Sequence record: CAXMZZ020000009.1
Reading direction: 5' to 3' (one strand)
DNA: 32,000 nt
Part shown: positions 21,539 to 29,329 of the stretch, piece after piece
How positions within the stretch are numbered: position 1 is the stretch's first letter
How the letters are laid out: every line of letters starts with the position of its first letter
Position numbers and translations under genes: made by a program
Notes under the pieces: model-generated
Told to the model about the DNA's origin: nothing
What the model saw: the letters and a program-made list of their open reading frames with translations, nothing else
The model's database searches: none

Positions 21539-21567
21539 TTGCTTTATTAAGAAATTATACATATAAT
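21539..21567 (+). promoter_or_regulatory. Candidate sigma70-type (PEP) promoter TTGCTT - 17 nt - TATAAT upstream of trnN
   Basis: -35-like TTGCTT at 21539-21544 and a consensus -10 TATAAT at 21562-21567 with 17-nt spacing. The -10 ends 18 nt before the trnN 5' end (21586), a geometry typical of tRNA promoters. Confidence 0.4.
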
Positions 21568-21585
21568 ACTGTAATTATAAATTAA

Positions 21586-21657
21586 TCCTCAGTAGCTCAG
21601 TGGTAGAGCAATCGGCTGTTAACCGATTGGTCGTAGGTTCAAGTCCTACCTGGGGAG
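21586..21657 (+). tRNA. trnN: tRNA-Asn (anticodon GUU)
   Basis: Folds as TCCTCAG-TA-GCTC-AGTGGTA-GAGC-A-ATCGG-CTGTTAA-CCGAT-TGGTC-GTAGG-TTCAAGT-CCTAC-CTGGGGA-G. 72 nt. Confidence 0.92.
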
Positions 21658-21728
21658 TTTTGACTTTAAAAATAAATTAAAATAGTTTAATATTAATAAA
21701 TATTATTCAATTAAATTATAGGAAAATC

Positions 21729-21923
21729 ATGGAATTTTGGGAAAATGTAGGAAAATTTGTAAAATTTTTTATTTCATCAATGATTGGTTTAATTTTAATT
21801 TTAATTCAACCTGTTATAAGATTATATAAAGAAGTACCAAATAAAATATTTGTTTTTCTTTTTTTAGGTTTATTTATTTCAGGTATTGGTTTTACTTTAA
21901 AAGAAATGTTAGCAATCGATTAA
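21729..21923 (+). CDS. ycf33: Conserved small plastid/cyanobacterial membrane protein Ycf33
   Basis: 64 aa with two hydrophobic helices. The N-terminal pattern FWENVGKFVKFFISSMIGLILIL and the length match my recollection of the Ycf33 family. An AGGAAAA Shine-Dalgarno-like sequence lies upstream. Confidence 0.7.
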   Translation: MEFWENVGKFVKFFISSMIGLILILIQPVIRLYKEVPNKIFVFLFLGLFISGIGFTLKEMLAID

Positions 21924-21950
21924 GAAATTTATTTAACTTCTTATCTAAAA

Positions 21951-21971
21951 TAATAATAATAATAATAATAA
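21951..21971. repeat. (TAA)7 trinucleotide microsatellite abutting the ilvB start codon
   Basis: TAATAATAATAATAATAATAA is read directly at 21951-21971. The ATG of the long ilvB ORF is at 21973. Confidence 0.95.
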
Positions 21972-21972
21972 T

Positions 21973-24738
21973 ATGACAAATTTAAATAAAACAAATAAAA
22001 CTGCAAAAACTATCTCTGAAAATGATGATTTAGAACAACAAGGAGGAAAAATAGATAAAAATGAAAATATTAAAAATTTAGGAGAAGATGAAAATCTTGT
22101 TAATAATACTCAATTAAATGTAAAAGAAGGCAAAGACGAAAATATTGAGCAAATAAATGAAGAAGAAGGTTTATTTTTTATTGATACAACAAATATCAAA
22201 GAAAAATTATTAACCGTTGAAGATTTAGAATTAAGATCATTAGAAATTTATAAAGCTACATTAAATAAATCTTCTGAGAAATTAGAAAAAGAAAAAGATC
22301 ATTATAATAACACAAAATTAGGACCTCGAGCTAAATTTGAAAATAGAAATTTCTATCAGGACCGACAATATAAACGTATTCAAATTGGATTAACTGTAGA
22401 GGAAAAATATCAAAATGAAAAAGAAGAATTAGCAAAAGTAGCAAGAGCTCTTAAAAAAGAGGAAAAAATGATAATGGATCAAGATGAACCTGATCCTGTT
22501 GAAGTTTCTGATCATCTTTTAAGATGTTGGAAACTTGAACAAGATCGTAGAGATTTAAGATCACGATCAAAAATAAGATTTGAAGGACCTAGACCAGATG
22601 ACATTGTTTTGACACAAGAACAAATGGACGATATTGCAAAAATACAAGCAGAAGAATATTCAAAAATGAAAAAAGTAATTACATTTTGGAATACTTTAGC
22701 TTGGACAAATTTAAAACCAATTCGCGATGTTGATAGACTTAAAAAAGAAAAATTTAAAAAATTAAATGAAGAAAAATTTGGTGATAAAGAAAAAATACAA
22801 ATAGTTAGAGAAAGTTTTGATCTTTTAAATGATTGGTTTTTACCAAACACTGAAGCGATTCAAACAATGAAGAATATTCTTGGTCAACCTGAACGCGAAG
22901 ATGGTGTTAAACAACTTACTGGTGCATTTATTTTGCTAGATAGTTTAGCAAGAAATAATACAACTGATATTTTTGGTTATCCTGGTGGTGCAATATTACC
23001 AATTTATGATGAATTATTTTATTGGGAAAAAAATAAGACAATAAAACATTATTTAACCCGTCATGAACAAGGAGCTGTTCATGCTGCAGATGGTTATGCA
23101 CGAGCAAGTGGTAAAGTAGGGGTTTGTTTTGCAACATCGGGGCCTGGTGCAACAAATTTAGTAACAGGAATTGCAACAGCACAATTAGATTCAATACCAT
23201 TAGTTGTAATTACTGGGCAAGTTGGAAAGAGTTTAATAGGAACAGATGCATTTCAAGAAATTGATACATTTGGTATTACATTACCCATTGTAAAACATTC
23301 ATTTATTACTCGTAATGCAAAATCATTATCTAGAATTATATCTGAAGCTTTTTATATTGCAAAAACAGGTCGTCCAGGTCCAGTATTAATTGATATTCCT
23401 AAAGATGTAGGGGCAGAAATTATACCTCATAATGAATATTTTCCAATTTTACCAAAAAGTATGGAAGAAATTTTAGGACCACGTTTAAAAGTTAAACAAA
23501 ATGTTTCAAAAACAGATTTAACAAGAACTATTAATACTATATTAGCTGCGAAACAACCACTATTATATGTTGGAGGAGGTGTTATAACGTCTGGTGCAAC
23601 AAAACAATTACAAGATTTTGCCGAAATATTACAAATACCTGTAACAACTACTTTAATGGGAAAAGGTGCCTTTCCAGAATCTAAAATAGGGAAAGATGGA
23701 ATTAGAAAACCTTATTCTTTATCATTAGGAATGCTAGGAATGCATGGAACCGCATATGCTAATTTTGCTGTTAGTAATTGTGATTTATTATTTGCAATTG
23801 GTGCAAGATTTGATGATCGTGTAACCGGAAAATTAGAAGAATTTGCCTGTAATGCTTTTATTATTCATCTGGATATTGATCAAGCTGAAATTCATAAAAA
23901 TAAACCTGTTGATATTTCATTAGTTGGTGATGCAAAACATATTTTAAATCTTTTAATCGATGAAGTTACAACAAAACAAAGTATGGAATATTTAAAATTA
24001 TATTGGCAAACTACAAGATGGCATGAACGTATTGCCGATTGGAAACTTCGTTATCCATTATCAAATTTACATGTATCACCAACATTAACACCGCAAGAAG
24101 TTATTGATAAAATAGGTAAAATTACACCACAAGCCTATTTTACAACTGATGTAGGTCAACATCAAATGTGGTCAGCACAATTTTTACAATGTCAACCTCG
24201 TCGATGGTTATCAAGTTCAGGATTGGGCACAATGGGTTATGGTGTACCCGCAGCAATTGGAGCACAAATAGCTTTTCCTAATGATTTAGTTATCTGTATT
24301 AGTGGAGATGCAAGTTTTCAAATGAATTTACAAGAATTAGGAACCATTTCTCAATATAATTTACCAATAAAAATTGTAGTTATAAACAATCATTGGCAAG
24401 GTATGGTTAGACAATGGCAACAAGCTTTTTATGAAGGACGTTATTCTCAATCAAATATGGAAAAAGGAGCTCCTGATTTATTAAAACTTGGCGAAGTTTA
24501 TGGAATTCAAGCTATCAGAATTACAAATAGAAATAATATTGATGAAACATTAAATAAATCTTTAAATTCTTCAGAACCAGTCTTAATTGAAATATGTGTA
24601 AATGAAATTGAAAATTGTTATCCAATGATTGAACCAGGTCAATCTAATTCTGGTATGGTAATTGATGGAAAACAAATTAATGAACTTGATAATGATGAAT
24701 CAAATTTAACATTATCACCAGATAAAAAATCTGATTGA
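21973..24738 (+). CDS. ilvB: Acetolactate synthase (acetohydroxyacid synthase) large subunit with an unassigned ~300-aa N-terminal extension
   Basis: From about residue 316 the sequence is colinear with ThDP-dependent AHAS: TGAFILLDSLARNNTTDIFGYPGGAILPIYDEL, GVCFATSGPGATNLVTGIATAQLDSIPLVVITGQV, and the ThDP motif GDASFQMNLQELGT...IKIVVINN. Residues 1-298 are K/E/N/D-rich and not recognisable. An alternative conventional start is ATG 22867 (Met299). Confidence 0.9.
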   Translation: MTNLNKTNKTAKTISENDDLEQQGGKIDKNENIKNLGEDENLVNNTQLNVKEGKDENIEQINEEEGLFFIDTTNIKEKLLTVEDLELRSLEIYKATLNKSSEKLEKEKDHYNNTKLGPRAKFENRNFYQDRQYKRIQIGLTVEEKYQNEKEELAKVARALKKEEKMIMDQDEPDPVEVSDHLLRCWKLEQDRRDLRSRSKIRFEGPRPDDIVLTQEQMDDIAKIQAEEYSKMKKVITFWNTLAWTNLKPIRDVDRLKKEKFKKLNEEKFGDKEKIQIVRESFDLLNDWFLPNTEAIQTMKNILGQPEREDGVKQLTGAFILLDSLARNNTTDIFGYPGGAILPIYDELFYWEKNKTIKHYLTRHEQGAVHAADGYARASGKVGVCFATSGPGATNLVTGIATAQLDSIPLVVITGQVGKSLIGTDAFQEIDTFGITLPIVKHSFITRNAKSLSRIISEAFYIAKTGRPGPVLIDIPKDVGAEIIPHNEYFPILPKSMEEILGPRLKVKQNVSKTDLTRTINTILAAKQPLLYVGGGVITSGATKQLQDFAEILQIPVTTTLMGKGAFPESKIGKDGIRKPYSLSLGMLGMHGTAYANFAVSNCDLLFAIGARFDDRVTGKLEEFACNAFIIHLDIDQAEIHKNKPVDISLVGDAKHILNLLIDEVTTKQSMEYLKLYWQTTRWHERIADWKLRYPLSNLHVSPTLTPQEVIDKIGKITPQAYFTTDVGQHQMWSAQFLQCQPRRWLSSSGLGTMGYGVPAAIGAQIAFPNDLVICISGDASFQMNLQELGTISQYNLPIKIVVINNHWQGMVRQWQQAFYEGRYSQSNMEKGAPDLLKLGEVYGIQAIRITNRNNIDETLNKSLNSSEPVLIEICVNEIENCYPMIEPGQSNSGMVIDGKQINELDNDESNLTLSPDKKSD

Positions 24739-24760
24739 GACTTTACAAAATAATATTAAA

Positions 24761-24793
24761 TAATTTCATTAATTATTTAAATTAATGAAATTA
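24761..24793. terminator. 13-bp perfect inverted repeat between the convergent 3' ends of ilvB and trnH
   Basis: TAATTTCATTAAT (24761-24773), 7-nt spacer, ATTAATGAAATTA (24781-24793). It starts 23 nt after the ilvB stop. Confidence 0.5.
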
Positions 24794-24825
24794 ATCTAAA
24801 ATAACTCATTAATATTTTTTTTAAG

Positions 24826-24899
24826 GGCGAACGACGGGAATTGAACCCGCGAATGGTGGAATCACAACCCACTGCCTTAACCACTTGGCCACGATCGCC
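24826..24899 (-). tRNA. trnH: tRNA-His (anticodon GUG) with encoded G-1
   Basis: The reverse complement reads G-GCGATCG-TG-GCCAAGTGGTTAAGGC-A-GTGGG-TTGTGAT-TCCAC-CATTC-GCGGG-TTCAATT-CCCGT-CGTTCGC-C. The extra 5' G pairs with C73, as is diagnostic for tRNA-His. The acceptor stem has one U5-U68 mismatch. Confidence 0.9.
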
Positions 24900-24932
24900 T
24901 TATTACATAATAAAACTTATTACATAATAAAA
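24899..24932. repeat. Perfect 17-bp tandem duplication (CTTATTACATAATAAAA x2) plus a degenerate third copy, in the trnH/thiS divergent spacer
   Basis: Unit 1 is 24899-24915 and unit 2 is 24916-24932, and they are identical. A related ATTATTATATCACATAATAA follows. The first base of unit 1 is also the 5' end of trnH. Confidence 0.85.
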
Positions 24933-24975
24933 ATTATTATATCACATAATAATAATAAATAACATTTCTATTTTT

Positions 24976-25203
24976 ATGAATCAACTTGTTTTTTGTTTAC
25001 AATTTTATTTAAATGCAGAAAAATATACATTAAAATCTATAAAACCTTTTACAATGGATAATTTACTTGAATTTTTTAATTATAATAAAAATTTAATTGT
25101 TATTGAATACAATAATAATATTTTACATAAAGAGAATTGGTCAAAAATTCAACTTCATGATTTAGATAAAATTGAAATTGTTACAATTGTTGGAGGAGGT
25201 TAA
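24976..25203 (+). CDS. thiS: Thiamine biosynthesis sulfur-carrier protein ThiS
   Basis: 75 aa ubiquitin-fold-sized protein ending ...IEIVTIVGGG. The C-terminal Gly-Gly and the VEYNNNILHKENW block are typical of ThiS/Ycf40. The start codon is uncertain. Confidence 0.8.
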   Translation: MNQLVFCLQFYLNAEKYTLKSIKPFTMDNLLEFFNYNKNLIVIEYNNNILHKENWSKIQLHDLDKIEIVTIVGGG

Positions 25204-25997
25204 GTCTCTAATTGTTTTACAGATAATGAAATTTTACCCTGATTTCTATCAATATAAATAACTTTAATTTTTAATTTATCACCTTTTTTATAAATTTTAT
25301 TAATATCAGTAATTTTTTTAGAAGAAATTTCTGATATATGTAATAAACATTTAATTCCTTTAACATTTAGAAATAAACCAAATTTCTTTATGTTAATAAC
25401 ACAACCAAAACAATTCATGCCAATTTTTAAGTTAGTTATTTGATTTTTAAAAAAAGCTAATTTTATACTTCCCGTTATTGTTAATGGTTTATCTTTTATT
25501 TCTAATAATTTAAATGGTAATAATTTATTTTGAATTATTTTACGTCGAAAATATTTTGGAATATGTGATGTTGGTATAAAAACTTTTAAATCCTCAAAAA
25601 TTAATATTTTTCCAGCCTTTAAAGTTGTTTTAACATAGCCATATAATATTATATTTTCGAAATCTAATTGTTTAATACGTTCCCAATGTCTTCGATTATT
25701 TAATTGTTTAATTGAGACAATGATTTTTTCAATTATTTTGGTTTCTTTTAAAATAAGAAATTCTCCAAATTCTCCAATAAATAAGACTTGAATTGGGGAA
25801 TCAATATTATTAATACAAATTTCTTTTGTTGGTAAAATTCCAACAGCTTTTGTTCCAATATTAATTAATGCATTTTGTCTTTCAATACCAATAACATTTC
25901 CAGCAAGTACATCTCCAACTTTTAACTGATAATTATATTTTAATAATAAACGGGCAAATTCATTCGAACCAAAACTTAAATTTTTGTTTTTGATCAT
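25200..25997 (-). CDS. rps1: 30S ribosomal protein S1 (plastid short form, S1 domains)
   Basis: 265 aa. The N-terminal S1 domain is GDVLAGNVIGIERQNALINIGTKAVGILPTKEI and the C-terminal one is GCVINIKKFGLFLNVKGIKCLLHISEIS...YKKGDKLKIKVIYIDRNQGKISLSVK. Confidence 0.85.
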   Translation of the reverse strand: MIKNKNLSFGSNEFARLLLKYNYQLKVGDVLAGNVIGIERQNALINIGTKAVGILPTKEICINNIDSPIQVLFIGEFGEFLILKETKIIEKIIVSIKQLNNRRHWERIKQLDFENIILYGYVKTTLKAGKILIFEDLKVFIPTSHIPKYFRRKIIQNKLLPFKLLEIKDKPLTITGSIKLAFFKNQITNLKIGMNCFGCVINIKKFGLFLNVKGIKCLLHISEISSKKITDINKIYKKGDKLKIKVIYIDRNQGKISLSVKQLET

Positions 25998-26018
25998 TAA
26001 TTAATATTAATCCATAAT

Positions 26019-28256
26019 TTAAATTCTAAACATAACATTAAATTTATTAATTAATTGTAATTTAATTTTTGAAATAATTTTTTCAATTTCAGGATTTGTT
26101 AAAGTTTTCGTTGTTGAACGAAATTTTAAATTTATTCCAAGACTATGAGAATTTTGAGGAATTGATTTACCAGAATAATAATCAAATAATAATATCGATT
26201 CTAAAAATTCATTTTTCATATTATAAATTTCATATTCAATTTCAGCAAATGAAATTTGATTATTTACTAAAAATGCTAAATCAATTGATAAAGCTGGAAA
26301 AGATGAAAATTTTGTATATTGAAAAATTGTTTTTGGATTCCAATGTTTTTCTAATTTATCCAAATTTAACTCAAATAAATAAATTGATGAAGAAAAATTA
26401 TTCATAAGTTCGATATAGCGATTAATTTGACCAAATGTACCAACTTCTATATCATTATGATACAAATTAGCTGTTCTACCTGGATGATAAAAATTAGCAG
26501 GTAAACTATTTGGTTTACTCCATTTTATTTTTAAATCTAATTTTAAAAAAATTTCACAAAGAAGACCTTTTGCTTCAAACCAATTTATAGTTGTATTTTT
26601 ATTAATCCATTCTGAATTAAATCCTTTCCCCCCAAAAATACCTGCAATACATTCTTGTTCAACAAAACTAAAATCATCATTTTTACTATAAATTCGACCT
26701 ATCTCAAAAGCTTCAAAATATTCTTGTCCTTGTTTTCTATTATTGAAAGCTTTTTCGATCAATTGTTCCAATAAAGTAAAACGTAATGAACTATTGTCAC
26801 TAAGAATTGGGTTTTTTAGAGATATTTGATTATTTATTGAATTAGATGTTAATGTATAATGTAATGTTTCTGTTAACCCTAAATTTACTAAATAATCTTT
26901 TAATTTTGTTTTTAAGAAATGACGTTTTGAAATTTTTCCTTGAGTTTTTGTTTTTGTTAATCTTGATGTAAATTTATTAAAACCAATTACTCTTACAATT
27001 TCTTCAATAATATCAATTTGTCGAAATATATCTAATTGACGATCTATTGGTATAAAAACTAAACAATTTTGATCTGTTTTTTTAATTACTTTAAAATTTA
27101 AAACTTTTAAAGTTTTTATAATTTTTTCATTTGTTAATGATAAAGATACTTCTGTTGGTCCAAGTACTTTTCGAACTGTTTCATAGTTAAGATTAATTCC
27201 AGAAGAATTATTCTTATTATAAATCTGAAGATCTGGATCATTTTTATCAAATTGCGAATGAATTTCCAATTTTTGAAAATTTGAAAACGTAATATTCTGT
27301 GTCCAAAAAATTTGAAAAAGTCGATTTAAAGATTTTTCTAAATTATTTAAAGTTAAATTTTTTTCAAATCTAATTGATGATTCTGTTCTTAACCCTAAAC
27401 TTTGAGCAGATTGACGAATAGTCTTACTTGAGAATAGACTCGATTGTATAATAATTTTTGTTGTTTTAGAATCTACACAAGTATCAGGGTGTTGAACTAT
27501 ACCAGCTAAAGCTATAGGTTTCTTATTTGCTAAAATTAATAGATTTTTTGCTGTAAGTTTTCTAAATTCATTTTTTTGTACTTCAAAAATTTCATTTGTT
27601 TCTGCAAATCTTGTTGTTAAATTTACTTTATTTAAATGATTTGAAGTGGAAGGTATTTGTAAATTAATAAAATTACATAATTTATTATAATCATAAACAA
27701 AAAATGGATAACCATTTTCTAACATAATAAAATTTACAATATCGTTAATTTTATTAGTAATTGGAATATTCATATGAATTAAATAATTTTTAATCCAATT
27801 CGGTGATTCTTGAGGTACAAAAGTTTCACTAATATTTAAAAATAATAAATTTGAAGGAACATCATTTGAGGTGACTTGATTTGATACAATCTCAATATTT
27901 TTACCTATTTGATAAATTTTTAGATATTGCATCCAAATATTGTTATTAAATTCTAAATATTTAAGTTTTTGTTGTATTAAAAAATTATTCGAGGAACTTA
28001 ATTTTAAAATATTTATTTTGTTATTTTGTTCTCCGAAAATAGATAATAATTCATCCTTAAAATTACTTAAATTATAAACATCATAACGATTAGCAGTTAA
28101 ACTAATATCTAATATAATATCTCTTTTTTTTAAATTTGTTTTTTCGATTACTTCTTCAATTTCAAATCCAGCTAAGGTTAATCTTTCAATAATATCATTT
28201 AAAGAAAGTAAATCAATATTAACCAAACTTTTTATCCAACGTAGTGAGATATACAT
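26019..28256 (-). CDS. pheT: Phenylalanyl-tRNA synthetase beta subunit
   Basis: 745 aa. N-terminus MYISLRWIKSLVNID...ERLTLAGFEIEEV, then ILDISLTANRYD, the B3/4 region, a B5-like block (IDIIEEIVRVIGFN) and a C-terminal FDYY.GK.IP....SLGI.L.FR block are colinear with PheRS beta (plastid name syfB). The sequence is very AT-biased and divergent. Confidence 0.88.
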   Translation of the reverse strand: MYISLRWIKSLVNIDLLSLNDIIERLTLAGFEIEEVIEKTNLKKRDIILDISLTANRYDVYNLSNFKDELLSIFGEQNNKINILKLSSSNNFLIQQKLKYLEFNNNIWMQYLKIYQIGKNIEIVSNQVTSNDVPSNLLFLNISETFVPQESPNWIKNYLIHMNIPITNKINDIVNFIMLENGYPFFVYDYNKLCNFINLQIPSTSNHLNKVNLTTRFAETNEIFEVQKNEFRKLTAKNLLILANKKPIALAGIVQHPDTCVDSKTTKIIIQSSLFSSKTIRQSAQSLGLRTESSIRFEKNLTLNNLEKSLNRLFQIFWTQNITFSNFQKLEIHSQFDKNDPDLQIYNKNNSSGINLNYETVRKVLGPTEVSLSLTNEKIIKTLKVLNFKVIKKTDQNCLVFIPIDRQLDIFRQIDIIEEIVRVIGFNKFTSRLTKTKTQGKISKRHFLKTKLKDYLVNLGLTETLHYTLTSNSINNQISLKNPILSDNSSLRFTLLEQLIEKAFNNRKQGQEYFEAFEIGRIYSKNDDFSFVEQECIAGIFGGKGFNSEWINKNTTINWFEAKGLLCEIFLKLDLKIKWSKPNSLPANFYHPGRTANLYHNDIEVGTFGQINRYIELMNNFSSSIYLFELNLDKLEKHWNPKTIFQYTKFSSFPALSIDLAFLVNNQISFAEIEYEIYNMKNEFLESILLFDYYSGKSIPQNSHSLGINLKFRSTTKTLTNPEIEKIISKIKLQLINKFNVMFRI

Positions 28257-28316
28257 ACTTTATTTAATAATTTGTTGAATAAATATGTAGAGAGTGTTTA
28301 CCTAAAATTATTTATT

Positions 28317-28670
28317 TTATAAATCTGAAGCGACCTTAGTAAATGTTAATCCATTTTCATTACTATATCTTTCCATAAATCGCATAAATCTATCCCATGC
28401 TTCAGGGCTTTTCATAATATAAATAGCTTCAATTGTTTTTGGTTGCCCATTTATAAATCTTGCATTAACATCTTTAGTTACTAATGAACCTTCTTCATCA
28501 ACAAGATACATTCCTGTAATTTCGCCTTCTTTAGAACTATTTTTATCTAAAATATTTGGAGTATCAAAGAAAAAAGTAGCTGTTCCAGTACTTCCATCTT
28601 TTGAACGTGTTAGTTTTACATCAGGAATTATTCTTTCATTTACACCTTTAATAAATTGAATACTTACCAT
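28317..28670 (-). CDS. psb28: Photosystem II assembly/associated protein Psb28 (Ycf79, 'PsbW' of red algal plastids)
   Basis: 117 aa with [47 protein letters not shown] and [17 protein letters not shown] Shine-Dalgarno sequence lies upstream. Confidence 0.93.
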   Translation of the reverse strand: MVSIQFIKGVNERIIPDVKLTRSKDGSTGTATFFFDTPNILDKNSSKEGEITGMYLVDEEGSLVTKDVNARFINGQPKTIEAIYIMKSPEAWDRFMRFMERYSNENGLTFTKVASDL

Positions 28671-28816
28671 GATTTATAAATTATCTCCTCTTAAAAAGTT
28701 TAATATTATTAAATTCTACATATTTTTATTATAGACTAAAAATTCTTAAAATAAAGCTCTTAATTCAATCTACATTAAAAATTTTTAAGTACTAATTTTA
28801 TATTAACAAATTATTA

Positions 28817-28825
28817 TGCTATAAT
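28817..28825 (+). promoter_or_regulatory. Candidate extended -10 promoter element TGCTATAAT upstream of rpl9-dnaB
   Basis: An exact TGnTATAAT is read at 28817-28825, 33 nt upstream of the rpl9 ATG, in the psb28/rpl9 divergent spacer. There is no good -35, which extended -10 promoters can tolerate. Confidence 0.3.
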
Positions 28826-28858
28826 TCTGGCATTATTTTATATAAATATAATTTTATA

Positions 28859-29329
28859 ATGACAAAAAAAGTTAAAAAAGAAATTCAAGTAATATTAAAA
28901 AAGAGTATAGCAAAAGTTGGTTCAACAGGCACTATTGTTAGTACAAAATCAGGTTATGCTAGAAATTATTTAATTCCTCAAAAATTAGCAGAATTAGCTA
29001 CGCCTGAAGCAATTACTTTAGTAAATAAACAGAAAAAAGCAATTCAAATTGAAGAAGAAAAAATTATAAAAAACTGTTTGGAACAAAAAAATGCTTTAGA
29101 ACAAATAAATGATTTTATTATTTTAAAAAGAGTCGGAGAAGGAAATAAAATTTTTGGTAATATTACGGCAAAACAAATTTTAGAAACAATTACTAATTTA
29201 AGTGGAATTAACTTAACAAATATCTCTTTATCTGTACCAGAAATGAATGAATTAGGAACCTACCCAATTCAATTAACATTACATCCTGACGTAATTGCAA
29301 ATATTAATATATCAATCTCAGCACAATAA
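28859..29329 (+). CDS. rpl9: 50S ribosomal protein L9
   Basis: 156 aa with VILKKSIAKVGSTGTIVSTKSGYARNYLIPQKLA..AT, typical L9. Lies immediately upstream of dnaB, as in bacteria. Confidence 0.93.
   Translation: MTKKVKKEIQVILKKSIAKVGSTGTIVSTKSGYARNYLIPQKLAELATPEAITLVNKQKKAIQIEEEKIIKNCLEQKNALEQINDFIILKRVGEGNKIFGNITAKQILETITNLSGINLTNISLSVPEMNELGTYPIQLTLHPDVIANINISISAQ

Noticed and set aside
21160-21585. Tested the idea that the long spacer encodes rnpB, ssrA (tmRNA) or ffs, which occur in red-algal plastids.
   Set aside because: None of the conserved cores is present on either strand. I looked for the RNase P P4 sequence GAGGAAAGTCC, tmRNA tRNA-like termini with a GGTTCGAATCC-type T arm, and the SRP domain IV GGAA loop with its AGCA/GGAAG context. 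Only a covariance-model search could exclude a very divergent copy.
22512-22850. 112-aa minus-strand ORF antisense to the ilvB N-terminal extension.
   Set aside because: The sense strand here is dominated by AAA/GAA/AAT/GAT codons, whose complements (TTT/TTC/ATT/ATC) contain no stops, so a long antisense frame is expected. The F/S/L-rich product looks non-biological. It does raise the question of which strand is truly coding, but the sense frame is continuous with bona fide IlvB.
22928-23200. 90-aa minus-strand ORF inside the conserved ilvB core.
   Set aside because: Antisense to the strongly conserved ThDP-enzyme N-domain, so it is a shadow ORF.
26096-26407. 103-aa plus-strand ORF inside pheT.
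   Set aside because: Antisense shadow ORF in a very AT-rich gene.
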